Positions 20,417-35,250 of a DNA stretch of 64,000 nucleotides are shown here, in pieces. The notes below the pieces were generated by a model. The model ran no database searches and had not been told where the DNA came from. It saw nothing but the letters and a program-made list of their open reading frames with translations. Numbering within the stretch: position 1 is the stretch's first letter; every line of letters starts with the position of its first letter. The DNA is from the human T2T-CHM13v2.0 reference genome, Homo sapiens: NCBI RefSeq assembly GCF_009914755.1, contig NC_060947.1, one strand, 5' to 3'. The position numbers and the translations under genes are program-made.

Positions 20417-20793
20417 TCACCAAATACCAGAGGCCTATTGTTGAGGGGTTAAGAAGCTCTTCATTAGAGTAAAGTGGGCTCTCCCTGCCCACTCAGTTCT
20501 CCCCAGTGGGAGGGCCAGATCATGGGAGGGATCTGCAGCCCACAGCAGCCCTGCCTCCAGCCCTGCCTGTGAGTGAGGAAGCCAGGTCTAAATTATGTCC
20601 TTGAATATATGAGCATCACTAATAAAGAGATATATTGATGTCCAGCTGTTTGCTGGATCCCTCTCTTTTTCAGCTGGTGTCAATCTATGGCAAAGACGTC
20701 ACGTATAAGCTCCCCTCAAACGCCAACATACAGCAAAATGACAGACTGCCATCTGTCATTTCGTCCATGTCATGGGGTCTCTGCAACCATATT

Positions 20794-20811
20794 GTGAGCC
20801 CCCTGGCGACA
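20794..20811 (-). promoter_or_regulatory. Candidate CTCF site
   Basis: Minus strand TGTCGCCAGGGGGCTCAC matches the CTCF core CCASYAGRKGGC with few mismatches, in non-repeat sequence. Confidence 0.5.
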
Positions 20812-21555
20812 GGCCTACGTCTTGCCCTCAGTGAGGCAGTAAAGAGGGTTGTGTGGGAAAGAATGTGGTCTCTGACCCCAGGAAGCTTGGGTCCAAATCT
20901 GGGCTATGATACTTTGCAGCTGGGAGATTGTGAACAAATTACTTAAGAGCCCAATGCCTTGTTTCCTCTTTTATAATTGTAAGTGGTTTTTGCAAGAACT
21001 CAGTGAGTGAAACAGTAAGAGAGAACAGTGTCAAGCATGTAGAAAGAACAGAGGGGAAAAGATCCTATATTTTATGCCTACGTGTTTATCAGGATGCAAT
21101 GAAAGCAGTTAAGTACATTTTCCCTGCAGATGAAATACTAAAGTCCTGGAGATGAAGAATTATTTTAATTAGATTTTATGGAAAAATATATTTAACGACT
21201 TGCAATACTACTAAGACTCTATCAAAGTAGTCCTCTATCTTACCAGTAAGAATAAACTCAGCTTTCTCTAATCAACAGGTTGTCTTGGTGACATTTCAGG
21301 GAGGCAGCATGCAACGAAAACAAATGACAATATTGGTATTAGCTGAGAGGTGGGAGAAATGGAAGTGGGACCCTGAAGACAGCCTGTTCACTAAGATGTT
21401 ACTGTTGCTTTTAAGAAATAAGTTTCTTAGTAGAATTGGGTGTTTTTCCCAAAACAGAAATCTAATACAGAATGACAGCTGTTTAAACTTGTCACTTATA
21501 AATAAGTACAAATTATCTGTGCAGATACAAACACCTGGACTTCCTGGGTTGGTCA

Positions 21556-22079
<524 letters not shown>

Positions 22080-22929
22080 TTCTCATTCTTTCTATTGCGT
22101 ACTCATCTATTGACATTTCATTATTCTGTAAATCTAGCTTAAATTACTGAAGGACACAATGAGATGAGGGTTGAATACCATCTAGGTCCTAAAGAGGCAT
22201 TTTTACTTTTCTTTGGTCTGTCTTCTCCCCCATCTCCAACATTATTGTGGAAAATCCTCCTTATATAGGTGTTTAAATAAATACATACTCTAGGGTTTTA
22301 TTTCAAGGGTTATATTCTTTTCTCTTCATCATTGTGGCAGTTGCATCCAATTATCAACTGTTTTGAGGATCATTATAAGGAAATAAAGACCACCAAATGA
22401 TAATCAGAAACAAAACTAAATTTATTTGCCTGCCTGGGAAGGGAAGGTCACATCACTGAAGCACAAATTTGGCTGTTGTCTCCATGTCCTACTTGAAAGA
22501 AGCAGCAGGCAAAGGAGAAAGCACACCAAATTTGGTGACATACTGAATTCAGGTCACTGCTTAGCTCCGAAGGCCATGCATAAACTCTTCTCTACAACTG
22601 GTCATTGCACTCGTTCGCCTCTTAAAAGTGCAGGCACCATTCCCAATTATGTCCAGGCTGCTCTGATGGACTTGGTGTCACTTAGGAAATTCGACGTGTT
22701 TGCTTGAAGTTGGTCAAATCTTTAACAGCATCGGTAGCACATTAGTAAAAGGGTTCATCAAGTAAGATTCACTGGATACCTGTCTCTTTACTGATGTCTT
22801 TTGGAATGCCAGATCAAATCTCCTTCTATTTTGTTAAGGCAAAAAACAGAGAAATGTACATGTGTACCTAGAAAAACTAATATTACATAGGGTACCCTTC
22901 AAGGTTTTAACAGAGCAAAATATGAGGTG

Positions 22930-23410
22930 CTAGAACAGATGCTTGTACATGAAAGTTGACAGCAGCTCTATGCACAGCGCCCAAAAGGTAGAAACAACCC
23001 AAGTGTCCATCATCAGAATAAACAAAAATGTGCTATATACAAACAATGGAATGTTATCGAACCACAGAAAGGAATGAATTAGCAATACATTTTACGACAT
23101 GGAAGAACTTCAAAAACATTATGCCGAGTGAAAGAGGCCAGACACAAAAGATCACATACTGTATGACTACATTTACAGGAAATATTTAGGTAAATCCATA
23201 GAAACAGAAAGCAAATTGGTGGTTGCCAGAGGCTGGGAGTGTGAAGATGTCACGCTAGTGCTTAATGGGTACAGAGATTGCTTGGTGGGTGATGAAAATG
23301 TTTTGGAAACAGAAGGGGTAGTTGTACAACATCATGAATGTACTAAATGCCACTTTACAATTGTACTTTACAATGGTTGGTTGTTCTGTGATTACCCCTT
23401 AGTTGTTAAA
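22930..23410 (+). mobile_element. Old L1M 3' fragment
   Basis: AAACAACCCAAGTGTCCATCA; GGTGATGAAAATGTTTTGGAA. Confidence 0.65.
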
Positions 23411-23704
23411 AAAGAAAAAAGAAAGGGAAGACAAAGGGGCACAAAAGTTCATGGTTCTTTGAGTCTCACTGGAACAAGGGAAAAAATGAGGGAGCAGAAA
23501 CAGCTGAACAACTGATGATGATGCATCAACAAAGAGAAAAAGACAAAGAAAAAGACGGGGGTTCTACTTAAGAAACAAGGCTACAGATATTTGAAAAGCA
23601 AACCAATAAAATGGATTTTCAAATGTTTCACTAAATGTTTCTTGCAAACAACCTACAAAAAATGTAAATGATTTTATAAAGAGAGCACACAAAACATCCA
23701 AAAA

Positions 23705-23956
23705 GGGACTGTGGTGGGGTCGGGGGAGGGGGGAGGGATAGCATTGGGAGATATACCTAATGCTAGATGACACGTTAGTGGGTGCAGCGCACCAGCATGG
23801 CACATGTATACATATGTAACTAACCTGCACAATGTGCACATGTACCCTAAAACTTAGAGTATAATAAAAAAAAAAAAATTAAAAAAAAAAATTAAAAAAA
23901 AAAAGAAAAAAATAATAAAAATAAAAAAAAAAAGAAAAAAAAAAAAAAAAAAAAAA
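23705..23956 (+). mobile_element. L1HS pre-Ta, 5'-truncated 3'UTR stub with long poly(A)
   Basis: GATGAC-ACG-TTAGTG (ACG diagnostic at 23772-23774) and AACTTAGAGT (G diagnostic at 23857); TSD AAAACATCCAAAAAG at 23691-23705 and 23953-23967. Confidence 0.9.
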
Positions 23957-24299
23957 CATCCAAAAAGAGCCTTTTCAAAGCCAGTGAGAAAGCCTTGCTC
24001 TGTGGAGCACTAGGTGCAGACAGGGCCTTTGAAAGGGCAGGGGACTGTCACACAAGCAAATCTGCCACTAATTCCATTCCACAGCTTTAGAGGTCTCCCA
24101 TGTATTCAATCGCAGTGTGACAAGCATCACTGTACTGTACTTTTTTTTCATTTTTCAAAATGAATGTGTAATAATTCCATTCCATATATTGTGCATAAAC
24201 CTATTAATGTGAATACGATTACACTCTTTCTTCTGAAAGAGGTTTCTCAGAGTTTATAGGTCACTTTCATATATATTATGTACAGTGAGACCATTTTTA

Positions 24300-24645
24300 A
24301 AAAGCAATGACCTTCACATCACATGAGACAGCAGGGATAAATCATGAGGACATTATGCCAAGTGAGATAAGCCACTCACCAAGTGACAAATGCCATATGA
24401 TTCCACTTCCATGAAATGGCCAGGGTAGTCAACTCATAGAGAAAGAAAGTAGAACAATGGCTGCCAGGGACTGGATGAGGGAGAATGGGGAGCTGGTGTT
24501 CAATGGGCATGAGTTTCAGTGTTGCAAGATGGTCTTGAGATCTGCGGCACAACCGTGGGGGTGGACTTAATACTATTGCACTGGGCACTTAAAATAGTGA
24601 AGGTGGTCCATTTTAGATTATATGTTTTTATCACCATTAAAAATT
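24300..24645 (+). mobile_element. L1MB-like 3' fragment
   Basis: GAGGACATTATGCCAAGTGAGATAAGCC...ACTTAAAATAGTGAAG. Confidence 0.6.
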
Positions 24646-25048
24646 TTAAATTGCGCTCTTCTTGTTAAAATATTAACTTAAAATTAAAATCTTGTTAAAA
24701 TATTAACTTAACATTGTTGGTACTGCCATTTTATGGCTCTAGAGAAATATGCTTCACAAGTTTAAACTCAACCTGGTTAGGATTTGGACACTTTAAAATA
24801 CTATATTAAAAACAATTATATCAACAGCAATGACAACAAAAGGAGTAACTTAAGCAAAACAATGCCCCTTTAGGAAATCACTTCCTGTTTCTAAATAAAA
24901 ATCGGTGGATTGTGCTTCTGTGTAAAGTGTGTATTTTAAAATGTAAAATACCAAAACATGAGAAAAAAAACAAAACTCAAGTAAAAACTGGGAATTCATG
25001 TGGGTCAGTGCTCCCATGCTTTTAAAAGAGAACAAACTACCACAAGCC

Positions 25049-27586
<2,538 letters not shown>

Positions 27587-27589
27587 CTA

Positions 27590-28440
27590 CAGGCCCGCAA
27601 GACGCCGCAAGTCCACACTGAGTTCAACACGGGCACCTGCCCAGAAACCCGCCCCCAGGGAAGCGCTACCCAATCTGTTTGAGGGTTTCTGAAAACATGG
27701 GTACCTGAGGGGTCGTCGTCGTGGCCGGGCTTCACGTCTCTGCGGCCTGGAACAGAAGTGAGCGGGAGGGCCGGGGTCAGCTTCTAGGCGCGTCTGGGCA
27801 CCTGCCCAGAAACCTGCCCCCAGGGAAGCGCTACCCAATCTGTTTGAGGGTTTCTGAAAACATCGGTACCTGAGGGGTCGTCGTCGTGGCCCGGGCTTCA
27901 CGTCTCTGCGGCCTGGAACAGAAGTGAGCGGGAGGGCCGTGGTCAGCTTCTAGGCGCGTCTGGGCACCTGCCCAGAAACCTGCCCCCAGGGAAGCGCTAC
28001 CCAATCTGTTTGAGGGTTTCTGAAAACATCGGTACCTGAGGGGTCGTCGTCGTGGTCGGACTTCGCGTCTCTGCGGCCTGGAACGGAAGTGAGCGGGAGG
28101 GCCGGGGTCAGCTTCTAGGCGCGTCTGGGCACCTGCCCAGAAACCTGCCCCCAGGGAAGCGCTACCCAATCTGTTTGAGGGTTTCTGAAAACATCGGTAC
28201 CTGAGGGGTGATTGTCGTGGCCTGGGCTTCGCGTCTCTGAGTGCTGCACCGGAAATGAACGGGAGGGCCGGGGTCAGCTACTGCGCGCCGTCTGCGCGTC
28301 TGCGCGCGTGCGCACTTGCCGCACACCGCAGATTCCAGGCGCCCCCTGCTTCTCTGGCTTCCTGGGCGCGAGGCTCACTCGCTGCACTTCCGGGTCTGCT
28401 GCCCGCGCCGGCACTCGACTACTTGCCATTTCACCTTGAA
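27590..28440 (-). promoter_or_regulatory. CpG-island promoter of SUPT20HL2
   Basis: High CpG density. ETS/GABPA CGGAAGTG at 28084-28091 and CACTTCCGG at 28385-28393; NRF1-like GCGCGTGCGCA at ~28304-28314; CTCF/BORIS-like GCGCCCCCTGCT at 28339-28350; YY1-like GCCATTT at 28425-28431. Confidence 0.7.
27631..28293. repeat. CpG-rich tandem repeat, 4 units of 165-166 bp, upstream of SUPT20HL2
   Basis: Unit GGGCACCTGCCCAGAAAC...CTTCTAGGCGCGTCT starts at 27631, 27796, 27962 and 28127; the fourth copy diverges in its second half. Confidence 0.97.
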
Positions 28441-29783
28441 AGCGTACATGCAAAAGCACGAGCCACTAAGGACAGTATAAACACATCTTTCGTACCGCGC
28501 ATAGACATCAGTTTCCACAGGAATACCACTGTCGGGAAATCATGGGAAGTTGTCACTGGTCTTGGCGGAAACTTCAACAATTGTTGGCACTTTTGGAATC
28601 TCTTGCCATCAGTGGCAGCACTGCTGCTGGTATCAGCCACTGGGCTGTGGAATGAGCCCGCATTAGCAGTGCTTCCATGCCTGGAGACGCCACAGGCTTG
28701 TGGCAAGCGTCAGGGTTCTTCATGTTGTCGTCCAGTAAGCTCCCGCCTGGGGGTGTTCATGTGGATGCCCCAGTACATGACGTTCATTTACATAATTACT
28801 CACCTTTTATTTCTCCATGTGTTGAGTTAGGGCACCTACAGATTAAAAAATTACCTGGTGGGTCATTACATTGTCTATGGATTGCAGGTCAGGATGGTAG
28901 AGAGACATGAAACCATTCATTTCTACAAGGTGATTTGCACCTGATAAGGACGAGAACAATTGTCCAGGTGATGGCAATAAATTTTCAATGATTAGAGTAA
29001 ACTGTAGACCTTAGCTAAGATCCTAAAGATGGATTTGCAGCAATATCATTCAGTCTTAGGTAATTTATGGGACATTGTTTTCCATTAACTTTGTTGCCTT
29101 GAAATCTCCCAGTTTGTTTGTTTTTGTTTGTTTTATTGGACAAGATCAATAATGCTTTTCTGGGGAGATCTACTCCATAGCCTGTTTTTCTGACTCATGA
29201 GTGTGATCTAAATTCTGCCCCTCCCTCCGCTGATATCCCAGGGTGCATCACACTTATTAGCGAGGTATAGCTGCCCGCCCTGCCATGGGATGGACTCGAT
29301 CTTCAGCTGGTGAATTGCCTGTGTCTTCACTTGGGTTTCCCCAAAAGCATTCCCGGAGGAGAGGATTTGAGTCGGAGTAGTTTCTTTGGGTGCTAATCCT
29401 TAGGAGCATTGGTGACAGAAAGGGGAGCTGAGTCAGAGATGGGAAAACAGACAATGAAAGATGTATTCCTGAGCACGAGCAGCTCCGAACAACGGGTCCA
29501 CGCTGGGGACCTTGGAAGACAGTACAGAATAAGCCTCAGATTGTTCTTCCCTAGAGGCAAAGAAGCTGGGGTATTTATTCATCCACTTCTTTCTCATTGA
29601 CTTAGGACAGTGCTGGGAGCATTATTTCCTGACACTTCTGGTTGCCACATACAGGGGCCACCCATGCTGATGTGGCTTGAGGATGTTCTCAGACAGAGTC
29701 ACAGGTGCTTGCAGTAAGACTCTGTCTGTGTGTACAGAATGGTGAGTGCCAAGGGGAGATGGACAGGGCACTCGCAGCATTAG

Positions 29784-30127
<344 letters not shown>

Positions 30128-31200
30128 CCATTCATTCTTAATTTTGTAGATAATGTGCTATGTCATATATCTGGGCATATGGAGAAGTGAATTTGTATTC
30201 CATCCAAGTGAAATGGGCCATTTCATGTAAAGCTTTTTTTTTCCATGTATTAAAGCCAACAAGGCCAAAAATGGAGGATGTGACCCACTCTTGACTCCCC
30301 AGAGGGAAGACCCCAAGGCTGCCTGGGCCACAGGTACACTGGAAGAGGTTGTGAACCTGTGTGTGTGTTACAACATGCATTACTAGGCCTGACAGTGCTT
30401 ATAATGGCTTGGCCATTCCCTTCACTTGAGCTGCCTAATTACCAGGCCTTTCCACAAGATTAATTTTTTTTAATTCCTCTGAGTGCACACCATCCTTCAG
30501 GCCTTCCAAGCACGCTAATGAGCACACTGGTTGATTATAAGAAGTTCAACTGCAGCCCTCCCCTGTAGCAGCACAGCAGAGAATAGCACAAGCTGAGAAA
30601 AATTCATGGCCATGCTAAGATTTGCTACAGGAATAAGAACATTCAATTAATTGCAAGATAATTGTCCTAATTTACAATTAGGAAACTACTTTGTTCTATA
30701 CCCATTGAGGTCTAGATCTTTGCCACCTCTTCCCTGCTGCCGTTAATTAGAGGGACCAGCAGAGAATTTGAAAATACAGGGCCCAAAGACTGCAGAAGCT
30801 GAAGATACCGTTGCCTCCTGGTTAACCCTTCATCACTTGCTCTGACATTTTGTACTTCTCCTGTGATCAGGCCCCAGCTATAGTAAAGCAAACCTTAGGT
30901 AACATTGTAGCTCTGAGATTGAGTGAAGATCACTTTCCATAGCCTGTTACATCATTCAGTGCTTCCACATCTGCTAAGAGTTGTTTACTGGATTTAAGAG
31001 CGTCTCACAACCCATAAGTGCTGCACAGCATATTAATCTTCTCCCTTCCTCTTTTTCCCTCTTTTTCTTTTCTCGAACTCTATCCCCCTTCCCTTTCTTC
31101 CACTTGCCCATCCTTTAACCATTTTACTGAAAAGTAAATGAAATTGGATTTTGTTCTGTTAAGACTTTCATTCTGCTCTCTAAGTAGCCAGACCCTAAGA

Positions 31201-31397
31201 CAGGGTTTCTCCCTCTCTGTATTATTCCCATTTGTCATGGGGGCTGTCCTGTGCATTGTAGGATTTTTAATAGCATCCATGGCCTTTACCCACTATATGC
31301 CAGTAGCAGCCCCCTCCCATTTATGACAATCAAAAATGTCTCCATACATTGTCGAATGTTCCCTGGGGGACAAAATCATCCCTGGTTAAGAACCACC
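31201..31397. mobile_element. MER20
   Basis: GGGGCTGTCCTGTGCATTGTAGGAT...TTAAGAACCAC. Confidence 0.65.
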
Positions 31398-33593
31398 ACC
31401 CTGTGGTATCACAAAACCAGGTCTGGAGAAATAAAGCAGCAATCTCTAAACCACAAAACACTTTACACCTCAATTTCTAGGATAGTTCAAATGATAGATG
31501 TAATTTTTAAAATGTTATTTTTGTTTTTAATGCAATGGCTGTTATGGTTGGCCCTGAATTACTTTGCTAATGCTCTAAATCTGCCATTGGACCTGATTAA
31601 TAAAGACAGCCCATGGCCAGTGGGATAGATGCAAACAAAAACATCATTAAATCTTTAGAAGTTATCTTTAAAAAGATAAACTAGCAAAGATATTTTTGTT
31701 CGTCTGCCTGGTAAATGTCAATAACCGTTTCCAAATTTTCTAGATTTATTCAACAGTTAAGAACCTTTGCTCATTTCAATAATTTATCTTTGGTCTTCGT
31801 TTAGTATTTGTTCTTTCAGGGTATGTTATCTGCCCTTTGTTTTCTTAATGTCACAGCATCCCTGGACTTGGTCTTTAGACAATTTTTCTCTATTTACACT
31901 CAGTCATTTGATGACCTGATCTGGTCTTATGGCTTTAGATACCATCTACACCCTAATTGTTTCCAAATGTATAGCTCCAGCCTGGACCTCTCCCCTGAAC
32001 TACAGACTCATAACCTCAAGCTTCCTATTCAAAATCTCCCCCTGACTGCTGAATGGGAATTTTCAATTTGACATGTCCAAACTGAATTCCTTATCTCCTA
32101 CCCAAACTTGCTCCTTTGGCAGAGTATCAGTGGGGTTCAATTAGGAATTGGAATCACTATAAGTAATATGGAATTACATTTGCTTATAGTGACCAGACCC
32201 CACAAATCATGGGAGACTCTAGGGAAGTAAATGTGTAGAAGAGGACAATTGGAAGGTCGGAGAAAAGTCATTAACCAGGGATCACAAAGGGAAGCTGGTG
32301 AAGAAGTCTATGGAGGGCTGTTGCTTCTGCATCTGGGCATGAACCTGATACCACTGGGGGTCAGTAGAGCAAGCAGCAAGGAAGAAAAGCTGGGCATGAA
32401 GCACGAGAACAAGGACCATCTGGAACACACAAGGGCTAACTGGAACCAGCGAGGACAAACCTGAGTCTGGCTCTCATTGCCTCTAACCTTGATGATTCAG
32501 GTGACTTGCAGAAGGAACTGGCTCCCTTTGCCATGGAGGTGCACAGGCACCTGGCCCAGGACTCAGAAAAGCTGAAGGAGGATATCCAGCGGGAGCTCGG
32601 GGAGCTGTGGACCCAGCTACTGCCTACTCCCCAGCTCCCATCAAGGTGAGCCAGTAGATGAGCAACATGTGTGAGCTGCAGTGGTGCCTGATACCTGACA
32701 CTGAACTTCAGAATGTAATGGCTGCTGCTTCAATCCTGACTTCCAGATCTCATAAAAATTTCTCTTTTGGCCAGCCCTACACCCCAGAATCATATAATAC
32801 TCATGATGTTATGAGTCTAGTTCAGGAGACAGGTCCAGAGGAAAGGCAATTCTAGGAAACATAGTTCCAGCTTAGCCAAGTTGACACAGTGCAAAGCTAC
32901 CCAAGCAGCCTTCCCCATCTCAGGAAGCGACAACTTCATCTTTCCGGTTGCTCAGACTAAAAACCTTGGAATCATCCTCAACTCTTCTGTTTCTCTCTTC
33001 CTCCCTATATCCAATAGTAAGTATTTGTTGAATGACATTAAAATGACCTAGAAGAGAAAACACATTAATTTGAAGAGTTTTTGTCTGGGGGAAGAGGGAG
33101 GGAGTACCTGAAAGGGTAAGAGAAACGTAGACTTCAATCATTTTTATCTAAGGCTCGCCCTACTCCTTAGCATCAATCTCAGTTGGATCTATCAATTGTA
33201 GGTGTAGTTCTTAGAGGTCTCCTCCCAGTTATCACGGGGAGGTTCCTCTGTGATGGATTGTGCATGTCCCTTGACTCTCATACCCTGAAATTGCTACCTG
33301 TTGGCCATTTCACTGCTCACTAACCCATCAGAGTGTTACCAAAGAAAATAAAAGGAAACAAGCCATTGAACTTTAGTCAATTGTGAACAAAAGTTTGGTG
33401 GCTTAATCAGCCAGATTTCTAGATGAAACCTTTGAAATATCTCTCGATTTAAAACGTCCCGCTGGATGTTGGGGACTGATCCCCTAAGAGACAGGATGGT
33501 AGGGTAGGGGGAAGGATGAAGGTTTCCTGTTTTTTTTTTTTTTACTGACTCCTTGTTTTTCTGTTTTATAGTCTTTCTTAAAAAGCAGTTCTA

Positions 33594-35250
<1,657 letters not shown>

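Noticed and set aside
27587-28169. Repetitive ORFs in the 165-bp array, and a CRISPR-like appearance
   Set aside because: Units are contiguous with no unique spacers, the 166-bp unit breaks the frame, and the DNA is primate; the ORFs are by-products of a GC-rich repeat.
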